Source: Auanema rhodensis
Taxonomy: Eukaryota > Animalia > Nematoda
Assembly: GCA_964057225.1 (NCBI GenBank)
Contig: OZ059895.1
Location: forward strand, 8,804,001 to 8,868,000
Length of the DNA: 64,000 nucleotides
Direction: 5' to 3'
Shown: positions 25,474 through 40,389 of the stretch, in pieces
Layout: every line of letters starts with the position of its first letter
Position numbering within the stretch: position 1 is the stretch's first letter
Program-made: the position numbers and the translations under genes
The notes under the pieces: generated by a model
The model's input: the letters and a program-made list of their open reading frames with translations, nothing else
Databases searched by the model: none
What the model was told of the DNA's origin: nothing

Positions 25474-25848
25474 AACAATCGGGTAATCGCGGCGTTCAGT
25501 TGGATATTGAAAGTTAAATTATAATAAACATTGAGAGAAAATTCGAAAGCTTAATGATGAATTTGATAAAGCCGCTGGAAATATCGTGTTATAAAGAAGC
25601 AAGCTTACGAAGGCCAAGCTAATATCGATTTGGCGTATACATTTAGAGTCAATCCTCCACAGACTAGAATAAACCTGATCTATGTTCTCTACTCAAAAAT
25701 ATATGAATTTCCTTATAAATTGTATAATCCACGGAATTGAAGGACGAGAATCTATCTTATCAATGCATTTTCTATTTCATTTGAAGAAAATTGTGTCAAC
25801 CCGAATGATGAAGACAATCAGGGAAGGTCATCAGGTTAGATTTTGGAT

Positions 25849-27864
25849 ATGCGGCGACGTTCAGGTAACATTTATAAAGTTAATTCATTAAAAAATGTTT
25901 TTTAAACAATGTTTCATTGATTTTAAAGTTTCTTAAATTATGTAAGAATTAAAATCATATAAGAATTATAGGTTGTATTGGAATATTCGTTTGCAGCTGC
26001 TTAATATTTTACGCTGCAAGTAGCATTTTCATTAATATCTTTTCTACTACACAGCCAATAAAAGAAGTGTCAAATGTTCATAGAAATATTATAACAAAAA
26101 TGAGAGTTTTCCCACAGGGAGGTAAGATGATGACTTTTCTAACTTATACTAACACATACAAAATAAGACTTAATAATTAGAAAAAATATTACAATGCATT
26201 CTAACAAGAAAACACACAGGTGACTCGGACACTTTCAACCAGCCGTGGCCTATACCTTATCGCTATGGATTAAGCTCTAGAAAAGAATTGCACGCATTAA
26301 ACAAAAATTTAATATTTTCTAATTTCACATATAGTAAAGGTAAATTTGCTATATGAATCAATATAACATATATGCGTTTATAGGATTAGGAAACCTTATG
26401 TTCCAATTGGCATCATTATATGCAATTGCTACAGATAATAATGCTCAATTAGTTATACCTCAAAACAATTTGCTGCTTCGTTCCTTTACGCTATCTGACG
26501 ATATAATAGTAGCTGAGGATTCACTTGTTAATGAAATAATTAAAGAACATAACACAGACATTGATATTCATGTAAGTTTCTATTATAAAAATCTTAAAAA
26601 ATCGAAAATTTGATAGAGAGATATAGACTTTAAAAAAGAAATAACCATTAGATAGAATTAAATAACTAAATTTAAATAGAATATGATGATAAAACGCTAT
26701 ATAATGTCTTGAATTAGCATATCGGGAATAAGTTGGCGCGCATAATAATTATTTACATAACGAGGACTAATTTAAGTAAAAATCAAAACCCAACTCCAAA
26801 ATTAGTCTAATAATTAAAATAAAAAAATAATAAAAGAAATAATATAAAAATTGGTTAATCATAATGTTTAAGGAATGTTGTAAATATGTAAACGTGAAAC
26901 CACACTTCACCAATGGAATATCTGTTATGCTAGGATATTTTCAAAATAAGAGATTTTTCCATTCAAAATATGAGAATGACATTAGACGTCTTTATACATT
27001 TTTACCCGAAGTTCGCGAACAGGTATTTATATTTAATCAAAAATTATAGTTACAATTCAATGTTAAATTTTCTCAATTATAGGCTAGCAACTTTTTAAGA
27101 AATTGTATGTTTGAATATGCTATTTCAACTGGTGAAGAAGTTGAAGGAAACCCTGATGATCAACACATTTTAGTAGAAGATAATCCTTGTTAGTTAATTA
27201 CGATAGTATTTGTTTTATTAATAATACTATTCTAGTGGATTCTGATGTCAATATAGTCGGGGTTCATATAAGACATGGTATTGATATTCGATTAAATTCG
27301 AGAAATCTTGCACATGGTCATGTTGCTGCACCTATTGATTATTACAAGATGGCTATGATGGCTGCTCGTGAACAGAGCACTAAAGTATTAATCTTCAGCA
27401 ATATATTTCAATTTTTTTTGCTATTTCCAGATATTTTTCGTTATATGTTCCGATGATATTGCATGGGCCAAACGTACATTCAGGAAATCCGAATATGGTT
27501 CGTTTGTTGACATAATACAGTTGTGATTTATTGAGAACTAATACATATATTTTCAGGAACAATTTTCTTCTGTCCAGGAAAGTGGCGTGAAACAGATATG
27601 GCCATTTTAACAATGACGGACTGGGTTATACAATCAACAGGAACATTCAGTTGGTGGTCAGCGTATTTGAATGATCATCGAAATCAAGTTAGTTATTTCC
27701 AAGTATATTACTTAAAACTGATAAATAATTAAATATTTAATGTTTCCTAAAGATATGAACTTTAGGTAATTTACTATTCTGGATGGCCACGAAGCGGATC
27801 TGATATGGATCGCATGATTAACCAATCAGAATATTTCTTAGAATCGTGGAAATCTCTATCTTGA
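25849..27864 (+). CDS. Alpha-1,2-fucosyltransferase (GT11), type II membrane protein
   Basis: MRRRSG followed by a TM segment; GGLGNLMFQLASLYAIA, GYFQ, VGVHIRHGID, ICSDDIAWAK, STGTFSWWSAYL. Confidence 0.9.
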
Positions 27865-29441
27865 CGAACAAATAAATCAAGTTGAAGTTTTAATAGTAAG
27901 ATTTTATGCAGCTTTATGTTTATAATAAATTTATTTTATTCATAAATTGTTTTTCATAAATGCTTAAAACGAAACAAACTTTGATTTATCTAGATTTTTT
28001 TATTTGTCTTTGATATGAAATACTATTTTATAAAACAGGAAAAAGAGCCGGATCATGCTTGACTGTAATGTTAATCGTAAGCTTACTAACCAGATAGTCA
28101 ATCAAAGGCATTTCAATATTTTGGGATGTGAGATTTTGTATACAAAGCTCAATTCAAACTTAAAAACAGCGTCTCGAAGCTCTTCCTTTATAATGGGAGA
28201 TGAAAAACCTCTTGAGAAACGATACACTCTTTCTCTTCATTATCCTCAGCTGCTTAGTCGTCCATCTTGTTGGACTCAATATCTGCAAAGCTGCTTCTTA
28301 CGCAGCATTGAATCAAATCTCAATTTCATCTCTCACCATGCCTCTATCGCCATCTGTATATTCTCTCCCAAATTCTTCGCCCTTTTTTCAATTCTTATAC
28401 CTTATTTCTAGATTCACTCATCGTTGGTCTTAGACAGGGATAATAGTATATTCATCTCTATTTCCTCACGAAATACTATGATTGACGAACTGTCACGCAA
28501 GAATTGGTGTTAATAAATGAGTCAAGTTAATATCTTTTGCGAAGTTTTCTATGTTTTCATTCCCTAATGATCAATTTCATCCATGAACTCATCGTGTCTT
28601 CTATGTACCGTTATGATTATCTCGCTTTTTTTGGTCCAAAAAATACACAAACAGCTAATGGATTGTTTTTTAAAAACCTGAATGCTCTAACTAGCTTTCA
28701 TGAAATTCGCTCTTGATTTTCAAAAATGAATTGAAAGAGTTTTATTTAATTATAGCTTGCTTGTATAATCATTAATCAGATGCTGAAGTTTTTTTGTCGT
28801 TTTCAAAAGAGATCAACCATGTTTGTTTTTCTTTTAAAAGAAATGAAGAAGAAGATAAAGAGCATAACATTGATTATACAAGAAGACATTTTATTCTTTC
28901 AACATATTTCATTTTTTAGCTAAAACTTTTATATTTTCATTAAATGTAATATGTTCATTTTACTTGTTTTGAGTATCAAAAAAAGGAAAAAAAAGGTTAA
29001 TTTCGATTTAGAAACAAATATATTTATGTATACATATATATATGTATATTTAAACATTGTCATTACATGTTATTTCAAATATTTTATATATTCCGTCCTT
29101 TAAGGCCACCGATTTGTGCATTTTATATAAAGAATATGACATCGATCATTCTCTTGAAAATGAACCTTACATCTAAAAAGACCATTCTTTACGTATACTT
29201 CATTCATTACTTTTACGGTTGCTAGTCATGCTACTAACGTCATCTAAATATTTTTATTTCCTTTTAACCTTATATTTAGAAGAAGAATATATATATACTA
29301 TGTATATTTGAATATATATCTATATGTATGACATTGTGAAAGCGGAAATGTATTCACATAAGGTTGTGTGAAAAGAGTATAGGAGAGAAAAAGCTGAAGA
29401 TATGGAAGAAGAGCAAGATGAAGACAAGGACATAAAGAGAA

Positions 29442-29447
<6 letters not shown>

Positions 29448-29500
<53 letters not shown>

Positions 29501-29510
29501 AAGAGAGAGG
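29448..29510. repeat. (GA)n microsatellite
   Basis: Run of about 20 perfect GA units plus a degenerate extension. Confidence 0.9.
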
Positions 29511-30672
29511 GCGTAGGCGGGATAAAGAAATATGATGATGAAAAGTCATCCTACCTAGTGGTGCCTTCTGTGCCTATTTGAAGTTATTTGCTAACTTTGT
29601 AGTTTATTTATTATTATTGACGAAAACCTCTAACATATTCGTATACCTTATTCTCTATTGTCTTTCTAAATCTGACAAGCAATTTGGGTCTTCTTAACTC
29701 TTGGACATTGTCCAGCGAAGAATCTTATTCAGAAGTTCTGATGAAAATTTCTTATTTCTTGGCTTAAAATCAACTATATACAAACTTTAATATCTTTTTT
29801 TTGTATATATGTAAAGAATATCGTTTATTTTTCAGCCCATTATATAATATAAATTTATGAGTTTTTTAAATTTTATTTCTTTAGAAATAAATTGTAAAAC
29901 AAGTGATTTATACGTTTAAATATTCCATATATTTCTAAAAAATGATCAAAAAAATAGAAAAATTACTCCTGGAAAACCAAAATAAATATATATAGCGAAT
30001 GTTTTCTTTTAAACTGAGAATAAAGACGTTGACAAGATCAAGCAGAGAGTAGAAGAGAATTAAGAAATAGGAAAATCTTTTTTTTTTAACATGAACTAAT
30101 AATCTTTTTGTTACTTCTAAAAATATAAATAATTAAGTTTTGGCTTTACTGCTTACAGCTTTTCTTCCTTTGCTCCATCCTTCCCCTCTCTCCATCTTTT
30201 CCGATTATCTTTCTCTCCTTTGCTTACTCCTCCTTTCTCATGCTTTCTCGATCTTCATCATCTTCTGTTTTTCGAGAATGTCAGTTCACCGAAAATGTTT
30301 TTTTGTGGCCATTTTCGGCAGTTCTGTAAATGTGGCTATATAAGATAAGTCTTTGCATCATTAAAAGCATTTGGATCCGTTACCAATGTCTTATCCTCTA
30401 TTGCCGGCTACATATTTGGCCACTAATACTATCGATATGTTTTTCAAGATATCCATACCCAAAACAGAATCACTTTTTGCTCAGTTAATATCGTTATTTA
30501 TACTTATAAAGTAATCTTTCTTTCACAATATAACTTTTAGTTGTTTATAATAATATCTATAATCTATATATATATATATAACTTTCTCTTTGAATATCCA
30601 TTTATATATTTTAGCCAAAAAAATAAGTACCAAGAGAGAACAGTCTGCAAAGAAGTCAAACATATTTGAAAA

Positions 30673-31166
30673 ATGAACAGCTATCATTATTTCTTCTTGA
30701 TTTCTTTATTATATTTGACAGTTGATGCTCGTTTTAATAGGATTGGCTTTGTCAGGTATTTATTAAAGTTTATAAATTATTATTTTATATACATATACAT
30801 TATTAGCGATCCCGTCGATTTACTTATGAAAGACAGTTTGGCTTCTCTTCGAGTTAAAAACCTTCAGAGTTTTTCAGAGCCTGAACGTCGTCAGGTATTA
30901 CTTATTCAGTACTTTTAAGATTAAGAGATTTGCTTTTAAAAAATAATGTAATTATGACATCACATATCCATATTTGACGTCATTTTGTCTCTTTTTTTCC
31001 ATTTCAGTTAATTGAAATATATTATTTATCTATTTTTCAGATTCGTAAACGGAAATTTACGGTCTTTCCGCCAACGTTCTATTCCAATTTTGGATTTGGG
31101 CCCATGCCTTTTGGACGACGACAACTAGCATTACCTTATACAGATTTGCTATTTTCTGGTAGATGA
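30673..31166 (+). CDS. Small secreted prepropeptide (neuropeptide-like precursor), 3 exons
   Basis: Signal peptide MNSYHYFFLISLLYLTVDA. Last exon IRKRK-FTVFPPTFYSNFGFGPMPF-GRR-QLALPYTDLLFS-GR* has basic cleavage sites and Gly amide donors. Confidence 0.75.
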
Positions 31167-32140
31167 TTTGATAATCAATCCTTGATTTATCATAATTTTC
31201 AATTACCAATTGTTATTATGAAAGTAGCATATATGTATAAAATGATCTTTAATTTATATTCTCCGGTATGAAACTGCGAGCGAAAGAATGTTCGAGGATA
31301 TATTTAAATTAAAGCAATTTTTCTAATAATATCCAAGAAAATTGACAACAATCTTTATCGAATTTCTAATATTTGATCAACTGTATGTGGTATGTAATAC
31401 AGAATCATTTTTTTTGTATATTATACAACATTTCTTAATAACGTCACTGTACTTATACAAATATGTGTAAATTTAATAAATTTAAATATATTATTCTAAT
31501 GTAATTTCAAAAACATAAAATAGAACTTCAACATGAATAACCAAATAAACAAATAAATATCTATATATAATATATTAAATATTAATTATATGTAAATACA
31601 TATATGCGCCATATATATATATTTATTTATTTTTTAAAGGTCTAAGAACATTAAATTAATATTTAAATTATAATAATTGTTAAATTTTGATATTTAAATG
31701 TGTATCATATATACTTATCATAAAACAAATTTATTTATTCCACTTTATTAAAAAAAAGCAAAAATTTTGACATTTTTTTTGAAAGTTTTGATTTAATTTA
31801 TTTTTCCAAAAGTTTCATGTTGTACTTAAGGTGTAAGACACACAACATGAATTGAATATAAACGTAAACGTCACCATGCAACACATAAGCATAGAACTTT
31901 TCGCAAGTTTTTCTTTTTTCATAAAAGGAAGAAGAAAATAGACTAAAAAATCTGCGATATCGACAGAGAAAGAAAAGAAAGGAGAATTTCATTCTATTCA
32001 TAAACTCCCGTAGCAACGGAAGCTACTTTCTATCTGGAAAGTACCGCCTATTTCTTCAACTTCTTTTAAACTTATCCACTAAGTCATTTTCATCGTTTTC
32101 AAACTTTTCAAAAAAAAAAAACAAAAAACAACAAATCAGA

Positions 32141-32654
32141 ATGAAGTTTCTAAATCTCTTCATCATACTGTTATCATTAATACTTAAATCAACTGCTGAA
32201 GCTACTACTATTACTACTCTAACTGGTGAGGAATTAATTTAATTTCCTTTTTAAAATTGAAAATATTTTAAGGATTTGAAGCAAAACCTGAATCTTCAGA
32301 AGCTGTTATACATGAAGTAAAGCGAGAATGTAAATTTCATTATAAGATTAAAATATAAAATTTTCATATATTTCTAGCTCATGATATGGATCATACTCGA
32401 AATATTGTTCGTCGTCATGTTGAAGTAGATGAAACAATTAAACTTTTGAATGATACAGGTATTATATATTACAAATATTTATACATAACTATATATATAT
32501 AGTTATATAGTTATATAGTTATATAGTTAAATGTTTAGATGATGATCCAGGAGAAAGTTCTGTAACAATTTTAAAAAGAAACAAACGTCGTACAGTTCGT
32601 AAGATGACAAAAGCTAAAACCAAAAGCCAAAAACACAAAGATAATTCTTCATAA
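32141..32654 (+). CDS. Small secreted protein with dibasic sites, 4 exons
   Basis: Signal peptide MKFLNLFIILLSLILKSTAEA. Three phase-1 introns keep the frame open. KR, RR and KRNKRR sites and a basic tail. Confidence 0.7.
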
Positions 32655-34374
32655 GAATTTTAATAATATTTGTCAAATAGTTTTCATATAATTATTTTAA
32701 CTTAACTATCTATATACTCCATTTAATGTTAATTATTTTTGTTTTCGTGATAATACAGAAGACAAGTCAAATTTCGAATTATTTTTATTCTCTATTTGTA
32801 AAAAAAAAGTTTCTGTTTATAAATGATTTATTTTCAAATCTTATATCCTTAGTTACAATTGAAGAACAATTTTCAAAGTCTTAGACAAGCCATTGACTGA
32901 ATTTCCAATCATCGTCGTCGTTTTCTTTTGTTTTCATTGAAGCAGCTTTCTCCAACATCAACCGAATGCAGAGGAATTGTTCAACACAAAAAAATGTTAA
33001 AATCTAAGAATATTTTTTTATTAAAATCTTGAAATTTAAAAGAAAAAAAGAACAAGAACATTTATAATTAAGTTTTATTAAACTTAACTCATTCATATTA
33101 AAGTAAAATAAGTAATTTGAGTTTCAATGTAGTTTAATTTTATTCGAAATTGTGCCAAATCGTTTATGTATATATAACTGTAAAATATATAAATATAACT
33201 ATTTTAATAAGTTTTTAATAATAAATATTTATGTTAAACAACAAAATTTAAAAAAAAAGCAGAAGCATTTTGAAGAAAAAAAAACCTTTTCCGCCATTTT
33301 CCTTAAAATTTTTATAAATCTTTTAAAGATATTATTGATAATATTAGTAACAAGATGAAGAACAAAGTCCACAATATTGAAAAAGCGTTCAAAAACTTTT
33401 TTTTTTCAATATTGTTCATAGGAAGTATGAGTCTTCTCCAATTTCATCAGTAGTTTTAGCGAACAGGCAGTTGGCTTATCATTCTGTTGATATACAAAGT
33501 TCTCACATTTAAATATATAATTAATATATATATATATATATTTAAAATATTTATTATTATTAATAATAATATTATTTATTATATTTTTATAATAAATTAA
33601 TATAAAATAAATATTTAAATTTCAATAGGATTCGCATATGTATTTATAAATTATCATTATGATTTTATCATTATATCCTATATATCTTATATATATATAT
33701 ATACATATATATACACATAAATAGTAAGAGTGATATAGTTAAAGAGAGAGAAAAGATGAAAAAAGGAATTTAGAGAGATAGAAGAACGGAGAGAGCTTAA
33801 TCTTTTCAGCATTTGGGGGCAACCCCCCGAAGATTTACTGAATAAGTTGAAAATTGCTTTTCCGATTTTCATGAAAACATATTCATCTAAACTAGTAGCT
33901 AACACTTGTTTAACACTCTTTTACTATTTGAATCACAAAAAATAGGTTTATACTTAACTTTATATATATATTTTTAAATTTATAACTAAACAAACTTTAT
34001 AAATAATATATAATTATTCTTTTTTTTTCTTATAAAAATATATTTCTATATACTAAACATGACAAGTTCAATACATCTTTAGTACGTTTATTCTAAAAGA
34101 CAATAGATCATATGAAAATCTTTAAAACTTATTTTCTCAGTTAGGTGCTTTTCGAAGCTATTACAACTTTCTCTCCTATTTATTTTTGAAAAAAAAACAA
34201 TAAGAAAAACTCTTTCAAAGGTTTTATGTAGTTGCATTTTTGGTTAGAAGGAAGGAAATAGGAAGTGGGCCGTTGAGTGAGTTCTGCACAGCTTCTCCCT
34301 TCCAAATCCTGATTTTCTCTCTTTCCATCTTTCTTTATCTGTTTCTATCTCTTTCTCTTTTAACCTCTCCCCCC

Positions 34375-34440
34375 CCCTCTCTCTCTCTCTTTCTCTCTCT
34401 CTATCCATCTCTCTCTCTCTCTCTATCCATCTCTCTCCTC
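34375..34440. repeat. (CT)n-rich microsatellite
   Basis: Interrupted CT/CTATCCAT runs. Confidence 0.8.
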
Positions 34441-36455
34441 TCCATTTTTTTTATCTTTTCCAGTCCTGGTTTGATCTATTTTGTCTTTTTTTCATTTCTG
34501 CTACATCTGCAATTCGTTTCTTCTATACACCAATGTATGCACGTTTTAAAAAGCAACTCACAAACTTTATTTCCATATTTTCATTTTCTCCAAACTATTT
34601 TCCGTTATTCTTCTAATTTATTTCTTCATTCTACATCCTATTTTTTACTATTTTTATTTATTTTTTGTCATTTCTTTCTTATTTATCACTAAATTTTTAA
34701 AAAAATTTTATATTTAGCTTCCTTCATCACCCTTCTTCCAAATAATCTCTTCATTCACCCACCTCTTTTTTCCTTCATCGTCATCATCATCATCATCTTC
34801 ATTTATCGTTTAAAGATTTTTATCAAAATACATAGCTGTAATGTTTTTCTGAGGTTTATCTTCATCTGCTTTCTCACTTTTTCTGACACATTCTTAAGTT
34901 TCATGACAATTCATTTCAATATTTTTATCAAATAATTCACATTTTCTTTATACTTTCTTAAGGTATAAGAATCTTATTTATTCTTTTTTTTTTGAGATTT
35001 TAAATATATTTTTTATATTTTATTATAATAAATATTTATTTTATTAAATATAAAGTATATATATATATATAAAATATTTTAATTATTCATTTTTTGAATA
35101 TTATATTTGAATAAATATTTATTCATAAATATTATATAAATTAAATATGCAATTTCCGTGTGTCTTGAACGGAAATCAGTTAAATTCACTGAAGGTATCA
35201 CTTTACTCTTATTTTCAACCTTTTCTCTAACTCACATCCAACACTACTTCATCCGCCCATTTCCTTGCGTTCACAATGTCCTGTGCAAGGTGTCTCTTAC
35301 CTACTATCGACTAGATTACTCTCACTCAATATGTGGAAGATGTTCAGCTTGAACTTTTATATTTTTTATGTAAAATTTTATTTATTTTCCTTATAATCAT
35401 CAATCAATCTGCTAGAAAAACCTTTTCTCTCTCTCTCTCTCTCTAATTTATGAAAAATAAAAAAGAAGAAGAACATACTGTTTCTTCTTTTAAGACATGT
35501 CTTATCTTCATTACCTCACCTTTGAGCATCTCCCTGTTCTATCTGTCATTACCACCTGTTAAACTGATCTGATAACTTGCCGCCCTCCACATGTCATCAT
35601 TTGACATAAACTGTCTATTTCTTAAAATCTCTTAGGGTCTTAAACTATTTTATTTTAAAATGAATTTTGATTGAGATGGACATCATGACACTTTTCAAAT
35701 GATCTGATGAGCATACAAGAAACTTCGATATCTTCATGTCAAACCTTGTCTCTTTCCATGTGTATCTGTCCAATAACCATGTGGTTTTCATCTCTTTAGC
35801 ATAATCTCTTTATGAAAAAAAAAACGAAAATAGTTATATCTTTTCTTCTTTAACTATAAATATGTATATAAACTACTTTAAATATATTTTTATAATATAT
35901 AAATATATGAATATTCATATATATATTCATGTATTTTTCATAAAAATTAAATGTTGTTTCAATGTTTGCAAAGCTATTCGCCTAGTTTGACTTGAGCACA
36001 TTCATCTCGTTTCAAAATTTCAATTGTTATAAATTCCAGTTCTTTCTCCTTGTAAGTGAGAAGGTTTTTTAGAAATTTTGAAATTCTTCCTTCATCTCAT
36101 AGTTTCTTATATACTCTCCCTAGTTATATATATTTTTTCTTCTTTTTTTTTTCTTTTAACTAAAATATTTTTTTCTTTTAAAATCTTTTGTGTTTTAAAT
36201 TTGTTATTATAAATCATTTACTTTTTATCTTATCTGTCTTCTTGTTTCTTTAAGTTTGATAGCAATTTGTTCTTGTTTCAGGACACATTCAGTGGAACTT
36301 ATCTGAGACACCTGCTTCACTATGTTCAAATAGAATTATCAACATGTACTAACAGCTGATTTTTATCTCATTTCTATACTATTTACTTGTTTTCTATTAT
36401 TTTTATTTTTTATATAAATTTTGATAGTCAATTTCAGTTAACTATATCATATAAA

Positions 36456-39400
36456 ATGACTTCGGAGCCATCTACATCATCTCATTTATGTAATAAACGG
36501 GTAGCATTACTATGTTGTGGTGATTTCAATCCTCCAAATATGGGACATATGCGTTTGTTTGGTAATTTCTAATTATATTTATGTTTATATTTATATAATT
36601 ATATTTTTAGAAAGAAGTCGTGATTATTTAGAAAAAACATTAAGCTGTCAAGTTGTTGAAGGAATTATATGTCCAACATCGGATAACAAAACATCATTAG
36701 ATCTTATACCATCTAAACATAGATTACGTATGATAGAAATGACGGTTAGACGTAGTTTATGGATAAGGTTAATTATATTTTTTTTGTAAAATTTATATAA
36801 TTAGTATAGTTATATAATTATTATAAATAATATTTCAAGATGAATATAAAAAAGAAAAGAAACAACCGCTCATATCTTTTGTATAATTAAAAATAATTAA
36901 ATATTATTTAAATATTCTAATTTTTATTTTATAGATGTGGAGATTATAATATTAGGCAAACAGGTTATATCAGTGAATTAGCAATATTAAAATATTATGA
37001 AAAGGTATGATTTTCTTTTATAAATTATAATAAATATAAATTATTTGATAGGAAATTCGTAAAAAGTATGGATCAGATGTAATTATGTTATATCTATGTG
37101 GTAGTGATTCTTTAGAAAGAATCAGTAATTTTAAAGAAAATCAATTAAATAGTTTATGGACGCAAGAAGAAGTATAATATAATCAATATTTTATAAATAT
37201 ATTTAAAATAATATATTAATTAATTATAGTTAATTGATTTATTATCTAATCATGGTCTTATTATAATGAAACGTGGTAAACAACAACCTTCACAAATAAT
37301 TTATTTAATTGATGCTTTACGTAATAATCAGGTTATATAACCTTATTATAATATTATATAATAATTTTATATTTATTTAGAAAAATATATTTATAATTGA
37401 AGATGAAACATATCCATCTGATATTAGTTCAACACGTATACGGTAATTTATATTAATTTTATAAAGATTTATAATAATTATTTGAAGACGTGCTATACGA
37501 CGTCAAGAATCTGTACGATATTGTATTGATGATGGAGTATTAGAATATATTGAAGAACAACATCTATATTCAATGTATATTATAATAATTATTATAATTA
37601 TTATATAAAATATAATTTAAGACGAAATTCTAATATTGGATTTCATGATGTTACAATATCATCAACTGCTACATCAGCTACAACAAGTACTTCATCAATG
37701 AAAGCTGTAATCCCATCAAATCAACGGTAATATATAAAGTATAAACATAAATATTATATAATTTATAAAATTATAGATCAAATATAATTAATAATATATT
37801 TGAAAAAGTTGATCAATCAACAGCTACAGATTCATTATCTGAATTAACTTCACCTATATGGAAAACACCACCATCAAGTAAAGAGAATAGCCATGAACCT
37901 CCTACAACTTCAAATGTTAAATTTTCTGAAAATACTCAGATAGAAAGAAGATCTCCAACTAATTCACAGATTGATAATACAATCAGTGATATCAATCAAG
38001 AACAAAATGACAATTCCAGAAAGCCTCCTTATCTAAAACCTATTTTATCTCAGGTTGGTAACAATTTTATATTAATTATCTATAAATATAAATATATAAC
38101 TATAAATAATATAATTATAATATAAAATTATGATTCTAGCGTCAATTATACGAAGTAATGATGAATCCGGTATGTATAAGAGTAATCATCTTTCTATATG
38201 AAATTGCTTTATTATCTTTTCCTTCCCCCTAATCAATAACAGTTAATATCTTATTCCATCGGATTAACATAAACAAATTATCAATTTAAACTATATTATA
38301 TAATATTATACGTTAACTATATATGTATATGTTTCAGCCTTCTCCAGCATTAGACAGTCCATTACCAAATATCAATTCATCTACATCTGTACTCAGGAAA
38401 CCAACAATCCTACCTCTACCACCAACTTGTCTTTCCAATTCAACTTCATTAGAGAATTCAAAACAATTTAAGAATTTAGCACCTATTGATACAAATCTTT
38501 CAACATCACTTGTAAATATAATATATTGATTAATATTATATAAATATATTTAGAATTTTCCTCCACCAATGGGATCACCAAATTATGATAATGTTACATT
38601 GGATGATCTATTATTAGCTAGTACTTCATGGGCTGAATATTTAAATGAACAAGCTCAAAAATTACAAAGTTAATTATTATTATTTTTATATAATTAATAT
38701 TAATATATTATAGGTGAAAATAGAAAAAAGATTGTTGAAGATATTGAACAAACAGTTCCAACGCAATGTAATTCAGGTCGTGCTACACCTCCAGTTAACT
38801 ATATTAACTCTATTCAAAATTATCCTAATCATTATACAAATGGAAAACCAAAAACCAGTATAATAAAGCAAACATCTCCTATGAAAGTAAAAGAAAAAGA
38901 TGGAAAAATTAAAGAAGAAAAGCCAAAAGAACGAAAAAAGAGCTGGTTTTCATTTAATAACCGATCTAAAAGTCTTAAGGTTTATTACATTTCTTTATTT
39001 TAATAGTTAGTAATGTAAAATCTTTTTATAGGATTCTGTTTCGTTTCAATCACCAAATTCTGATGATGATTCCATTATACGAATTTGTGGGACTGATCGT
39101 CGTGAACAACAACAAACATCACCAGAACTTCTTTGGCGTAAAGTTAAAGATTTTGGAATAACTAAAGAACGGTATATAATATATAATATATTATATGATA
39201 TAATATATATTTAGATGGTCCGAAATTGCTAATAATTCATCTTCAAGAAAATCTTCAGCTCATGCTATTCTAATGTCCAATACAAAAAGTCCAACTAAAA
39301 AGAAAAGTGATTCCCGTAATTTACGTTTTGCTCATCAGGTGTGTATTTAACTTTAATATTATTTATTTATTTAATGTTATTATAATATTTCAAGATGACT

Positions 39401-39595
39401 AAATCAGCAGAAGATCTGAATCGTATAAATTGCTTTGAACCAGCTAATGGATATGCGAACAACTATGAAGATGCTTTATCTCGTTCATATTATAGTGGAA
39501 TGTCCGATGAATGCCGAAATATCTCACCAAAATCCGGAGTTACATTAACATTTCGAAGATATCGTCTAACAGCAACACCAGAAACTACGGTATAA
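36456..39595 (+). CDS. NMN adenylyltransferase (NMNAT)-like domain plus long low-complexity C-terminal extension
   Basis: LLCCGDFNPPNMGHMRLFE, VVEGIICP, HRLRMIE, LCGSDSL, LW, DISSTRIRRAIRR..SVRYCIDDGVLEYIEEQHLY. Ser/Thr/Pro-rich exons continue to ATPETTV*. Confidence 0.85.
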
Positions 39596-39810
39596 GTTAT
39601 AGATTTTATATTAAATAATTTAAACATTATTTATGAATTTGTAGATTTTTTTATTTTAAATTTAACTATAAATGAATGTTTTTAACATTATTTGTTTATT
39701 ACATTGTGATATAATAATATATTTTATATAAATATTTCAAAATATTGTTTCTGAGTTCTTATCTTTTTTCCAGCCTCTTATCTACGACTCTTGAATAATT
39801 GCAAAACTTA

Positions 39811-39882
39811 AGGTTCCACCGAGATTTGAACTCGGGTCGCAGGATTCAGAGTCCTGAGTGCTAACCGCTACACCATGGAACC
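39811..39882 (-). tRNA. tRNA-Gln (anticodon CTG)
   Basis: Reverse complement GGTTCCATGGTGTAGCGGTTAGCACTCAGGACTCTGAATCCTGCGACCCGAGTTCAAATCTCGGTGGAACCT: 72-nt cloverleaf with A and B boxes. Confidence 0.97.
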
Positions 39883-40389
39883 GGTGGTAGGCCTGAACTC
39901 CACTCAATATAAGTCGTTAGTCATACGAATATATATAGTTTGTTTTAGGTCATCTATCTTTTATGCTATTTATAAATACTGAAAAGACTGAAATATATAA
40001 AAAGTTTTCTGAAGTTCGATATCCTTGTTTATGATATTAAAAATGATATTTGATCATTTATTGAGCTAAAAAAAAATGTTTGATTGACAACTCAATTTCT
40101 TTTGACATCACCATATTTTCTTTTAAAAAAATGATGTTTCGTTCGATTATATTCATGAAGAGATTTTATTGAATTCAATTTAAAACAAAAAAAAACTTTT
40201 AATACAATCATATACAATTGAATAAACGAATATTAAAGATGAATATGCGTTTGCATCTGTTATACTCATCTACTATATCTCAATAATTTCTTTTAAGTAT
40301 TCATATATATATATTTTCATAATTTGAATGAAAAACTTTAAGAAATAACTAATAGTTTGAGTATTAAGTAGTATAGTTAAGTATATAAA

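Noticed and set aside
28055-28433. Two overlapping plus-strand ORFs, one with a hydrophobic N-terminus
   Set aside because: No recognisable family or convincing splice structure; cannot be supported without expression data.
29298-29549. 83-aa LSLSLS ORF
   Set aside because: Produced by the (GA)n microsatellite.
34240-34692. 150-aa hydrophobic ORF
   Set aside because: Arises from pyrimidine-rich (CT)n sequence upstream of the NMNAT-like gene; non-ATG start and no homology.
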